A DNA stretch of 64,000 nucleotides from Dendrobates tinctorius (Eukaryota). The position numbers were made by a program, and so were the translations under genes. Shown here in pieces: positions 26,370 to 38,705 of the stretch. Position 1 is the first letter of the stretch, and every line of letters starts with the position of its first letter. The stretch is from positions 10,168,001 to 10,232,000 of the forward strand of contig NW_027361739.1 in assembly GCF_039654945.1 (NCBI RefSeq). Direction: 5' to 3'. The notes beneath the pieces are model-generated. The model had not been told where the DNA came from. It saw only the letters and a list, made by a program, of their open reading frames with translations, and ran no database searches.

Positions 26370-29300
26370 TGTCAGAGACACCGCACTGCACTTGCTTATA
26401 GAGCCAGTGCACGTGTCCTGAGTCAGAAGCAGTGCTAAAAGATACCTGTGGAGCGGGCAGCAGAGGTGACCATGCGTGCTTCAGGCTAATAGTGTCAGGG
26501 TCCAGTCAGCGCTGGAAAGTAAAGAGGCATAGGACCTGCGGACACTGAAACTGAATAGTCTGCACGGGACCTATGGTCATGTGACTGCAAGGGGGCGGGG
26601 CTTAGCGTCCTGTATTCAGATAGGACAGGACACCATACAACAACTCAGAGTCAGGCAAAACGGAGGTCACACACAGTACGGGCAAATGAGGTACAGGAGG
26701 GACAAACAGATGGGTAGTCAGACAAAGCCAAAGGTCATACACAAGAGGGTGACGCGGTACCAAGGGGACGAGCAGAGAGAAGTCGGGTCACAAGCAGAGA
26801 GTCATACACGAGAGGTAGCACAGTACAAGAGGGTCAGGCAGAACTCGTAACAGGGACAGAACCAGATCACAACCGAACAAGCAAGCAAGATATCAGGCAC
26901 AAGGCACACGTATACAAGAGGTCACTTAACTCAGCCGAGGGCAGGAGTATAACTGACACCGGACCCAGGTCCAGTGAGCACTAAATAGCCTCCTGCTGCC
27001 AGAGAGAGGCAGCACAATTAACCCATAGTCTGACCAGGATGGGTCAAAGCGAAATCCCGTCCTGGATCATGACAGTACCCTCCTCTCAATGGGGGGCCAC
27101 CGGACCCCCAGGTCTCTCAGGGTACTTGGCGTGAAAGGCTCGGATCAACCGATCCGCATGAACTGATCGAGCAGGAACCCACGAGCGTTCCTCAGGACCG
27201 TAGCCCTTCCAATGTATCAGATACTGAAGGGCGCGACGGACCAACCTGGAGTCGACAATTCGTTCCACCTCGTACTCAGCCTGCCCATCTACCAGAACCG
27301 GTGTCGGGGAAGATGATGATCCTTCCCCACTGGACCTCACAGGTTTCAAAAGGGCCTTATGGAAAACATTAGGGATCCTTAGAGATGGCGGAAGACTCAA
27401 CCGAAAAGCCACCGGGTTAACTGCTTCGGTAATTACATAGGGACCTATAAACTTGGGTCCAAGCTTCGCAGAGGGGACCTTGAGCCTTATATTTTTGGTG
27501 GATAACCATACCTTATCTCCGACCTGAAACACTGGACCCACGGATCGTTTTTGGTCCGCAAAAAATTTAAATTTGTCCTGGGCCTTCGTAATGTTATTCT
27601 GGACCTCCCGCCATACCTCCCCCAACCGCTGGATCGTCTCGTCCGCCCCAGGACACCCAGAATTCAAGCGGGAAAATTCTCCAAAATGAGGATGAAACCC
27701 ATAATTGCAAAAAAAGGAGATGTACCCGTAGACTGGTTAGTGCGGTTGTTAAATGCAAACTCAGCCAATGGTAACACAGAACACCAATCATCCTGTCGGG
27801 CTGAGGTCAAACAACGCAGAATTTGCTCCAGAGACTGATTGGTCCGCTTAGTCTGCCCATTAGTCTCTGGATGGTAGGCGGATGAAAAGGACAGACCAAT
27901 ACCCAACCTCCTACAAAAAGCTCTCCAAAATCTGGACACAAATTGCACTCCCCTATCAGACACCACATTCAGGGGTACCCCATGCAACCGCACCACATGC
28001 TCCACAAACAATCTGGACAATGTTTCCGCATTAGGTAGAGCTGCCAAAGGTACAAAATGTGCCTGCTTACTAAACCTGTCCACTACGACCCAGACCACGG
28101 TATTACCCTTGGAAGGGGGAAGGTTGGTGATGAAATCCATGGACAGATGAGTCCATGGTCTCTCAGGAATTGGCAGTGGTACCAATTCCCCGGCCGGCCG
28201 GTTATGGGGAGTTTTCGCACGGGCACAAACCTCACACGCAGACACATACTCCCCAACATCAGAGGCTAAAGAAGACCACCAGAATATTCTAGCAATGGCC
28301 TTCCGGGTCGCCGAGATCCCTGGATGTCCACCCAGAACTGAGTCATGGAACTCCTGGAGGACCTTGAGACGAAACTGAGCTGGCACAAAAAGTTTATCCA
28401 ACGGCTTAGCTGGAGGTGCAAGAGCCTGGGCTTCTCGAATCTCCCGTTTCAACACATTAGAAACCTCTGCCACCACCACCCCAGGCTGAAGAATGGAGGA
28501 TGGAGGTTCCGGGGGGGACACCGGATCAAGACTGCGTGACAACGCATCCGCTCTGATATTCTTGGATCCTGGTCGAAAAGTGATCGAGAAGTTGAATCGG
28601 GAAAAAAAAAGTGACCATCTAGCCTGTCTGGGAGTCAACCTTTTAGCTGACTCAATGTAAGCTAGGTTTTTGTGGTCCGTGATTACCGTTATAGGATGAA
28701 CAGCCCCCTCCAAAAAATGCCTCCATTCTGCAAAAGCCAATTTTACGGCCAGAAGTTCCCGATTCCCCACATCATAGTTTCTCTCCACAGGGGAGAACTT
28801 CTTTGAGAAAAAGGCGCAAGGTCTTAAATTGGTCAAAGTGGCGGGTCCCTGGGACAATACCGCCCCCACCCCCACCTCTGAGGCGTCTACCTCAACAATA
28901 AATGGTTCAGAGGGGTCCGGTTGGATAAGAACCGGGGCCGACATGAAACATTTTTTCAAAAACTGAAATGCCGCTACCGCTGCGGTTGACCAATTCTTGA
29001 TATCGGCCCCCTTTTGAGTCATGTCTGTGAGGGGTTTAACCACCTGTGAGAACCCCCTTATAAATTTCCGTTAATAATTAGCGAACCCTAGGAAACGTTG
29101 CAGACCCTTCAAATCACACGGTTGAACCCACTCGAGAATGGCCTGCACCTTATTAGGATCCATGCGATACCCTTCAGCAGACACGATGAACCCCAGAAAG
29201 GACAGTTCCTGAACAAAAAATAAACATTTTTCAAGTTTAGCAAACAGACCGTTCTCCCTGAGCCTTTGGAGAACTGCCCGAACATGACCAATGTGAGTCT

Positions 29301-31993
29301 GTTTATCAAGCGAGTAGATTAAAATGTCATCCAAATACACCACCATAAAACGTCCAATCAAATCGGAGAACACATGATTTATGAAATTTTGGAAGACCGC
29401 TGGAGCGTTGGTCAGGCCGAAGGGCATGACCAAATTTTCAAACAACCCTTCAGTAGTGAGAAAAGCGGTCTTCCATTCATCTCCGTCCCAGACTCGGATA
29501 AGGTTATATGCTCCCCGTAGATCTAATTTCGAAAACCACTTAGCTCCGGACAACTGATTGTATAAATCAGGAATAAGTGGAAGGGGATAAGTATTCCTCA
29601 CAGTTATTTTATTTAACTCACGAAAATCGAGGCATGGGCGCAAACCACCGTCTTTTTTTTTTACAAAAAAGAACCCTGCCGCCACAGGAGAAACAGAAGG
29701 ACGAATATGTCCCTTACGGAGGCTCTCGGAAATATATTCCTTCATCGCAGCCCGTTCCGGACCCGAGAGGTTATACAGGCGGGCTTTGGGCAATTTAGCA
29801 CCTGGAACCAGGTCAATGGCACAATCAAATGGGCGGTGTGGTGGTAAAACCTCAGCCTCTTTTTCGGAGAAAACGTCAGTATAATCTATCAGGCACTCCG
29901 GAATGCCTTCTAGACCCACGGACGACACAGACACAGAAACAAGACATTTCTCAGAGCAATAGGGACCCCATTTAACAAGATCCCGAGATTCCCAATTAAT
30001 CACAGGATTATGCAGCTGTAACCAGGGGAACCCCAACACCAGTCCCGCAGGCAGGTTGTTCATTACAAAACATGAAATACGTTCCTGGTGTAAGGAACTC
30101 ACTTTAAGGAGAAACTCTTCAGTACAAAACACAATGTCATTCTTAACCAGTGGTATTTTGTCAATAGCAACAAGGTGAATCGGAGTTTCCAACCTAACTG
30201 TCCCTAACTTACACCTGGCCACCAAGTCAGAGTCAATAAAGTTCAATGATGAACCGCAATCCACGAAGGCAGAAGTGGATGTGGAGACACCCCCACAACA
30301 AAGTTCCACTTGAAATGACATTTTAGAAAATGCAGAAAAGGGTACCTGAGAGCCTGGGTGACCTCCACGATAATCACCCGGGCTCAGTCGCTTGTTGGTT
30401 AGTGGCCGGGAGGGGCAATCCTTTTTCCAATGTCCAGACTCGCCACTGTGAACACAGCATTTTCTCACGTGCCGTTGTCTCCTTTCTTCCTCCTTAAGGT
30501 TGATGGTTCCCATCTCCGTGATTTTCAATGAAGAACTGGCTCCCCTTCCTTGGGAGAATAATGATGTCTCGGTTTGTATCACTCCCCTTGCCCGTAACCT
30601 GCGATCCATTCGGACGGCCTGTGTCATAGCTTCCTCCAGGGCATCAGGTGGTGGGTGGAGAGCCAAGGCGTCTTTCAGATGCTCAGACAGGCCTCTACGG
30701 AACAACCCCCGGAGAGCGGCGTCGTTCCAGCAGACCTCAGCAGCCCAGCGTCTGAACTCTGTGCAAAACCACTCGGCTGAGTGTTTCTCCTGGGAAACAT
30801 TCATCAGCCTGTCCTCAGCCATACGCACCCGGTCAGGCTCATCATAAATATGCCCCAGGGCCTCAAAAAATGCATCCACAGTCATACGCTCAGGGGCCGT
30901 GGTAGGAAGGGAGAAAGCCCAAGCTTGGGGGGCTCCCCTTAACAGAGACATAATGACCCCCACTCTCTGCCTTTCATCCCCAGAAGAGTGTGGTCTTAAG
31001 GAAAAAAAAAGCTTACAGCCTTCCTTGAAAACTCTGAAGTCATTTTTATCTCCAGAAAAGGTATCTGGTAACTTCACTGGAGACTCAGGGGAAATTAATG
31101 TAACATCCCGAGCCCCCCATGAAAGAACTCCCTGCACAATGTCAGCGATCAGCTGCTGAGACTGAGCCAGGACTCTTTGTTCTCCAAAGAGTTTCTGAGA
31201 CATCTGCGTCAGATGCTTAACCTGCGCAGAAAGAGTGTGCACAGGATCCATCACATACACAGGTGAATGGGAGCAGAGAAAAAAAAAATGGTATGGGTCA
31301 GTTATAATGTCAGAGACACCGCACTGCACTTGCTCATAGAGCCAGTGCTCGTGTTCTGAGTACAGAAGCAGTGCTAAAAGATACCTGTGGAGCGGGCAGC
31401 AGAGGTGACCATGCGTGCTTCAGGCTAATAGTGTCAGGGTCCAGTCAGCGCTGGAAAGTAAAGAGGCATAGGACCTGCGGACACTGAAACTGAATATTCT
31501 CCATGGACCTATGGTCATGTGACTGCAAGGGGGCGGGGCTTAGCGTCCTGTATTCAGATAGGACAGGACACCATACAACAACTCAGAGTCAGGCAAAACG
31601 GAGGTCACAGCAGTACGGGCAAACGAGGTACAGGAGGGACAAACAGACGGGTAGTCAGACAAAGAGGGTGATGCGGTACCAAGGGGACGAGCAGAGAGGA
31701 GTCGGGTCACAAGCAGAGAGTCATACACAAGAGGTAGCGCAGTACAAGAGGGTCAGGCAGAACTCTTAACAGGGACAGAACCAGATCACAACCGAACAAG
31801 CAAGCAAGATATCAGGCACAAGGCACACGTATACAAGAGGTCACTTAACTCAGCCGAGGGCAGGAGTATAACTGACACCGGACCCAGGTCCAGTGAGCAC
31901 TAAATAGCCTCCTGCTGCCAGAGAGAGGCAGCACAATTAACCCATAGTCTAACCAGGACGGGTCAAAGCGAAATCCCGTCCTGGATCATGACA
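26370..31993 (-). mobile_element. Near-intact chromodomain Ty3/Gypsy LTR retrotransposon (LTRs 26370-27074 and 31308-31993)
   Basis: TG...CA LTRs of high identity, 5-bp TSD ttttc, and a PPT next to 27074. Domain order gag-PR-RT-RH-IN-chromo. Confidence 0.97.
27086..31251 (-). pseudogene. Gag-Pol polyprotein with one in-frame stop (29071-73) and one frameshift (A-run near 27710)
   Basis: ORFs 29071-31329 and 27664-29043 share a frame. Motifs VDCGS, YLDD, DAS, HSVLGGHPG/CEVC, SDRG and chromodomain EYEVERIVD...YLIHWKGY. Confidence 0.92.
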
Positions 31994-32938
31994 TTTTCTT
32001 TCTCACTGAGAGCACTTTATATATTTTTTTTCTACTGGCTAACACGGTACCAAACCACTTTTTTTGTTTTTTCCAGAAGGAAACACATCATAGAGGCTGT
32101 CAGTGAAGCAAAAGGAGGTAGCACTCTGTAGGAAATAGAGCTGGAGTGATAGAGGGTTAAGATCCACCATAGTCGTTGGGCGTTATTTATATATCAATTG
32201 AAATGCTGATTTCTCAGTACAGCAAAACGGATCTGTTTCACAGATCTGTTTTTTTCACGGATCTGTACAGATCCGTCACCATAGATATCCATGTTATTTG
32301 ACTCAGAAAGCTACGGATCCACGTCTGTTCTTTGTGTGGGAGTTTTTCAAGGCAGCCCAAAACCAGAGCAGTCTCCGATTCTGGGTGCATGAAAAAAACT
32401 GACACACATGGATCATGTTTTTGATTGAAAAAGCATTTGAATTCAGTAATGTGGCCTCTTAGACTGGAGACACAAGGTGTGAGATGCCTGCGAGATACTT
32501 GTACGAGTCTTACATGACTCACCTGGGACGGCTGCAGGAGGGAGCATGTCAGCTGTGTGTGTTTCTATGCAGCCGACGCACTCACGTCCAGAGAGCCTGC
32601 CGCTGTCCCGGGTGAGTTAAGTGACACTCATGCGAGTATCTTGCATGCCTCTCGGTCCGTGTTTCCAGCCTTAATGCTGCAAAATCAACAAATGACCATC
32701 GGAACATAGTGTATAAGTATGGTAAAATAGCAGTCATTATGCCATGAAGCGCTACAACTCCTTCAGTCAGCTGATCAGTGCTGGTGTCAATATTGATAGC
32801 CTATTATAAGGATAGGATATCAATATTACATCCTCAAATAAATCAATAAAAACAGATGTTTAGTGCATATGATGTGCATAGAAAGAGCTAATACACAATG
32901 CTGCCAGCAAAAATATTCTTGCATAGCTATTATGGAAG

Positions 32939-33190
32939 CATGGTGGCTCAGTGGTTAGCACTGTACACGGTGGCTCAGTGGTTATCACTGTACACGGTGG
33001 CTCAGTGGTTATCACTGTATATCGTGGCTTAGTGCTTAGCACTGTATATAGTGGCTCAGTAGTCAGCGCAACAGCTTTGTAGCACTGGGGTCCTGGGTTC
33101 AAATCCCAACAAGGATGACATCTGCAAAGAGTTTATATGTTCTCCCCTTGTTTGTGTGGATTTCCTACCACACTCAAAAGACCTACAAAT
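32939..33190 (+). mobile_element. tRNA-derived SINE with its A-box head amplified as ~5 tandem 27-bp copies
   Basis: (cacggtggctcagtggttagcactgta)n, then B-box ggttcaaatcc at ~33096-33106, then a SINE body (gtttatatgttctcccc). Confidence 0.75.
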
Positions 33191-33289
33191 AGGATGTTTA
33201 TATTTATATATGCTCTCAGCATTGGCATAATGCTGGAGCATTGTAATGTATTATACCTAAAGTGAAAGCGAACATGAAAGTCCCATAAA

Positions 33290-35064
33290 GGGACAAGGTA
33301 AAAAAAAAACATGTAAAAAAATTATTAAAAAATAATATAAAAAATTCCCTAAAAAATCCCCTAAAAATTACACATTTTTATGTAAAAAAAAAAATAAAAT
33401 AAACAAAAAATACACGTTTGGTATCGCCACGTCCGTAAAAATCCCATCTATAAAAGTGTCACCCTAGTTAACCCGTTCAGTGAACGCCGTAAAAAAAAAA
33501 ACACAAAAAAGTAGCAAATTATAATTTTTCCAAGCAGTATCATCATACCGCTTTGAAAAAGTGCAATAACACGCGATCAAAAAGACGAATATAAATAAAC
33601 ATGGTACCGCTGAAAACGTCATCTTGTCCCGCAAAAAACGAGCCACCATACAGCATCATCAGCGAAAAAATAAAGTTATAGCTCGCAGAATAAAGTGATG
33701 CAAAAATATTTTTTCTATAAAAGTTTTTATTGTGTAAAAAACACCAAAACATAAAAAAATGATATAAATGAGGTATCACTGTAATCGTAGTGACCCGAAG
33801 AATAAAGCTGCCATACTAATTTTACCACATGTGGAGCGGAGGGGGAAAAAAAAAAGGATTCCTAAATTGCTGGTTTATGTTCATTCAAAAAATGTACAGA
33901 AAAATCAGAATAGAAAGCGATCAAAAAATGTTATGTGCCTCAAAATGGTACCAATAAAAACGTCAGCTCTTCCCGCAAAAATCAAGCCCGCACATGACTC
34001 TGTCGGCCAAAATATGGAAAAATTATAGCTCATTGAAGATCATTTTTGTGGAAAAAATATGATTTTTTAATTTTACGGCTCTACGTTATAACCTTCTGTG
34101 AAGCCCTTTGGGGTTCAAAGTGCTCAACACACATTTAGATAAGTTCCTTGGGGGGTCTAGTTTCCAAAATGGGGTCACTTGTTGGGGGTTTCCACTGTGT
34201 AGGTACATCAGGGCTTTCCAAACGTGACATGGTGTCCGATCTCGATTCCAGCCAATTTGACATTCAAAATCTCAAATGATGCTCCTTCCCTTCTGAGCAG
34301 TGCCGTGCGCCTAAAGATTGGTCTTCCTCCACACATGGGGTATCGGTGTACTCAGGAGAAATTGCACAACAAATATTGTGGTTCATTCTCTCCTGATACC
34401 CTTGACAAAATAAAAAATTGTGTCCAAATAAAAAATTTTTGGAAAAAAAGTAAAATGTTCATTTTTTCCTTCCACATTGCCTCAATTCTTTTGAAGTAGC
34501 TAAACTGTTAATAAACTTCTTGAATGTGGTTTTGAACACCTTGAGGGGTGCAGTTTTTAGAATGGTGTCACTTTTGGGTATTTTCTGTCATATTGACCCC
34601 TCAAACTCACTTCAAATGTGAGGTGGTCCCTAAAAAAATGGTTTTGAAAAGTTTGTTGGAAAAATGAGAAATCGCTGGTCAACTTCTAACCCTTATAACT
34701 TCCTAAGAAAAAAAAATTTTGGTTCCAAAATTGTGCTGATGTAAAGTAGACATGTGGGAAATGTTATTTATTAACTATTTTTTGTGACATATCTCTCTGA
34801 TTTAAGGGCATAAAAATTAAAATTTGAAAATTGCAAAATTGAAAAATTTTTTGCCATATTTCCATTTTTTTCATAAATAAACGCAAGTCATATCGAAGAG
34901 ATTTTACCACTAATATGAAGTACAATATGTCATGAAAAAACAGTCTCAGAATCAGCAGGATCCGTTGAAGCGTTCCAGAGTTATAACCACATAAAGTGAC
35001 AGTGGTCCGATTTCCAAATTAAGGCCCAGTCTTTAACCTACAAAATGGCTTGGTCGTTAAGGGG
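33290..35064. mobile_element. End of a non-autonomous piggyBac-like element
   Basis: Terminates in ggtcgttaagggg followed by TTAA. The left boundary is approximate. Confidence 0.55.
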
Positions 35065-35758
35065 TTAATAGCACAATATCAATGAATAAATATTATTCTT
35101 AATATTATGTCACATTACCAGGATCTGAGGATCTTCTGTTTTGAGGTCATGAGCTCTCTGATGCGATGTTGCTGCCTGTCTCGCTGTCTTCCTCTTTTGA
35201 CACTGCAGTGTGGTGAACAAGAGAGCATTAACTGGTTAACAACAAGAAGTATGGTGTCTGTACTAACTGAACTAGAAACTCTCCCCATACCATGTCCAGA
35301 AGACATTGTAGGATTACTAGATGGATTTTATTATTCTATTACTGCCCAGTCTCTGACTAAGGCCTTATTCATATGTCAGGGTTTAAACAGATACTTGAAA
35401 AAATGGTATCGGTGTCATTGGTGTATGGTCAGTGTGTCAGATGTTACAATAAGTGTTTTTCAAGGATGGATATAAAAATAAATGTCAAAAATTATCCTAT
35501 ATTTTGCAATGTTAAATATATTATTAATGTATATTATAGATATCCATATACATTATATATTATAGATAAATCTGAACATTTTATATTATAGATCTCCCTG
35601 TATATTATTTATTATAGATCTACTTTGACATTATATATTATAGATCTATCTATAATATATAATGTACAAGGAGATCTATAGTATAAAATGTCCAGAATTA
35701 TCTGTAATATATTATGTACAATCTATCATATATAATGTCCAGTGACATTTATAATGTA

Positions 35759-36169
35759 CTAGAAATAGGCCTGATGCAATTGCATCGGGAGTGCGGTGAA
35801 CTGAAATCCCGCGTGGCACCGCTCATTGGCTGAGCCAATGAGCGGCGCGGGATTCATATCGCCTGCTGGCTGAGTCAATGAGCGTTGCTGTGCGGGATTT
35901 GAATCCCCCGCCAAGCCGCGCAGCATCGCTCATTGGCTGAGCCACCCGCCGGCTGAGGCTTGGCGGGGGAATCAAATCCCGCGCAGCACCACTCATTGGC
36001 TCAGGCGGCGGGGATTTGAATCCTGTGCCACTCATTGCCTCAGCCGGCGCTGATCTCCCGATGGAATAGCGGTGCCATTTTTGTCACAGCTTCCGGCCGC
36101 GGTGCATTGTGGGATAGCGACACAATCGCCGGAAGCTGTGACAGAGCCGATTGGCAATTATATATTAGA
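35759..36169 (-). mobile_element. Non-autonomous Helitron
   Basis: Minus strand starts TC and ends CTAG, inserted between A and T. Subterminal hairpin cctgatgcaattgcatcggg and internal CCAAT-rich repeats. Confidence 0.75.
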
Positions 36170-36762
36170 TAATGTCCAAGGAGATTTGACCATTACTATT
36201 GACCTTTCTTGGAGCTTTCCTATATGCATGGAACGGTTTGGCACTAGCATTTTACTTAACTAAACGTTTTTACGATTTCCATGCATGTATCTGTGGGTTA
36301 TCCTGCCGTAGTCTTGTGACACTTGTATTTATTGTTACCTGGTATGATGTATTTTTCATAAGAATTTTCAAATAAAGTAATATATTTTACCATATCCAGC
36401 TAGTTGCTCTTTTTCCTCCTTATACACATGTCTTCGTGGAGCGGGTGTTTCTTTTCCCTGGTGTGGGATTATCGGTATCTCACCATTTGGCACCGTTCAC
36501 GCCACTGGGGGTTTTTGCATCTACTCAAGATAATACCAAGCCCGATGTTTAGTAATATTTATAATAAAATGGTACATAGAGAGTTAAATAAAGACACACA
36601 CACACACATAAAATCTGCGTTAGGGCGGGGTCACACTTGCAACGAACTGGCACGAGTCTCGTACCTCAATACCCGACCCTGCCGCCGGCACTCAGGACCA
36701 GAGTGTTCAGCTACGTAGAAATACATGCAGCCATACACTCCAGTCCCCTCCTTTTATGCATG

Positions 36763-37760
36763 GCTGGGCTCATTCTCATCCCCCCCCCCTCTGGGCTCAT
36801 TCTCATCCCCCCCCTCTGGGCTCATTCTCATCCCCCCCCTCTGGGCTCATTCTCATCCCCCCCCCCCTCTGGGCTCATTCTCATCCCCCCCCCCCTCTGG
36901 GCTCATTCTCATCCCCCCCCCCCTCTGGGCTCATTCTCATCCCCCCCCCCCTCTGGGCTCATTCTCATCCCCCCCCCCCCCCCTCTGGGCTCATTCTCAT
37001 CCCCCCCCCCCTCTGGGCTCATTCTCATCCCCCCCCCCCTCTGGGCTCATTCTCATCCCCCCCCCCCTCTGGGCTCATTCTCATCCCCCCCCCCTTCTGG
37101 GCTCATTCTCATCCCCCCCCCCTTCTGGGCTCATTCTCATCCCCCCCCCCTTCTGGGCTCATTCTCATCCCCCCCCCCTCTGGGCTCATTCTCATCCCCC
37201 CCCCCTCTGGGCTCATTCTCATCCCCCCCCCCCTCTGGGCTCATTCTCATCCCCCCCCCCCTCTGGGCTCATTCTCATCCCCCCCCCCCTCTGGGCTCAT
37301 TCTCATCCCCCCCCCCTCTGGGCTCATTCTCATCCCCCCCCCCCTCTGGGCTCATTCTCATCCCCCCCCCCCTCTGGGCTCATTCTCATCCCCCCCCCCC
37401 TCTGGGCTCATTCTCATCCCCCCCCCCTCTGGGCTCATTCTCATCCCCCCCCCCCTCTGGGCTCATTCTCATCCCCCCCCCCCTCTGGGCTCATTCTCAT
37501 CCCCCCCCCCCTCTGGGCTCATTCTCATCCCCCCCCCCTCTGGGCTCATTCTCATCCCCCCCCCCTCTGGGCTCATTCTCATCCCCCCCCCTCTGGGCTC
37601 ATTCTCATCCCCCCCCCCTCTGGGCTCATTCTCATCCCCCCCTCTGAGCTCATTCTCATCCCCCCCCTCTGGGCTCATTCTCATCCCCCCCCCTCTGGGC
37701 TCATTCTCATCCGCCCCCTCTGGGCTCATTCTCATCCCCCCCACTGAGCTCATTCTCATG
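36763..37760. repeat. C-tract minisatellite (ctgggctcattctcat-Cn-t), ~26-30-bp units
   Basis: More than 30 units with variable C-run length. The long ORFs across it are repeat artefacts. Confidence 0.97.
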
Positions 37761-38705
37761 ACCACTGCCTTCTAAAAAAAAAACCTTGCTCAGGTGCCGC
37801 CCCCGTATCCTCCTGTACTAGGCATGTGCCCTCCAGTGCCTAGTGGGAAATATGGCCCTGTCTACAGGTATCAACAATTTGGTAGCCACGTACTGTGTGC
37901 CGAAGAGCCACATGTAGCACCTGACCTACTTGTTGGTTAATGTGCACAAACATGACAAGGGTGGATGTTTATAGAGAATGGCCCAGAGAACTGTCATGCA
38001 TGACTCCCAGCCTGCACAAATCCAGACTCTTGACTTGAGCAATTGAATAGCTTTTCGCTTCTTCCTGAAGCCATGATGGAACAATTTATCCCAGGACTCT
38101 CAGAACTAATCTTTATATCTTTCAGTGCTTTAGAATTAAAGGGTTTGTTCAGTTTGGAGACTATTTTCCTTACTGACAACTAAGGGGAGCCCCTTATATG
38201 AACCCTGTTCAGCCGCATGGGGATGCTGTGGACAATGGGGCTTATTCACACTTTAAAACAAAACTAGGGCCAATTTACACTGGCAGATAATCAGCAATGG
38301 GCATTCCTAGGAAAGCTTGTTTCCTCATTATCGGCCTTTCTAAATAGTCTGCAAATTACCCAGCGAACGACATTTTGAAGGTTGTATAAAGATCATCATT
38401 CTTGGCAGCACAATGTGCTGCTGAGGACAATGATATTCTATAGTATTGCATAAAGTGATTGTACTGATGATTGTTCAATAAGAGAATTAGTGCAAATCGA
38501 TTGCAGGACATAGTCCAATCAGTAATGTCAGTAATGTTCAGCCATCGGACAGAAGCCCTAGAAACCACCATCTACCTCCCGGCATCTGCAGCTCTTCTTT
38601 TGATTAGCCGTTCTGGCACAACATCATAATATGTACATCACACCGCAACAATGATGTTGTACCTGGCCGAAGGTTCAGAAGAAGAGACGCATATTCTGGG
38701 AGTTA

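Larger units (their letters stand above)
24780..32066 (+). mobile_element. 5'-truncated Penelope-like element with inverted pLTR (24780-~25050) and a GIY-YIG remnant (~25580-26087). Hosts a MITE and a Gypsy
   Basis: Inverted repeat 24780-25050 vs 26130-26369 plus 31999-32022. Protein remnant LPVAKHF...GHN...GLN. 13-bp TSD ttttttccagaag (24767-79 / 32067-79). Confidence 0.85.
23656..37860. mobile_element. hAT-type non-autonomous unit, 14.2 kb including nested insertions
   Basis: TIRs cagggccgtattt / aaatatggccctg and a perfect 8-bp TSD tctacagg (23648-23655 / 37861-37868). Confidence 0.75.

Noticed and set aside
26370-31993. Endogenous retrovirus or domesticated RTL1/PEG10-like gene
   Set aside because: No env gene. 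Paired LTRs, TSD, chromodomain and multiple related decayed copies indicate an ordinary Gypsy retrotransposon.
32939-33110. tRNA gene
   Set aside because: A and B boxes are present, but there is no cloverleaf and it continues into a SINE body.
36637-37775. Three 336-340 aa proline-rich ORFs
   Set aside because: They are translations of a stop-free minisatellite in all three frames, not genes.
37994-38179. Possible host exon (61-aa minus ORF after cccttag)
   Set aside because: No recognisable homology or clear gene context, so it is insufficient to call.
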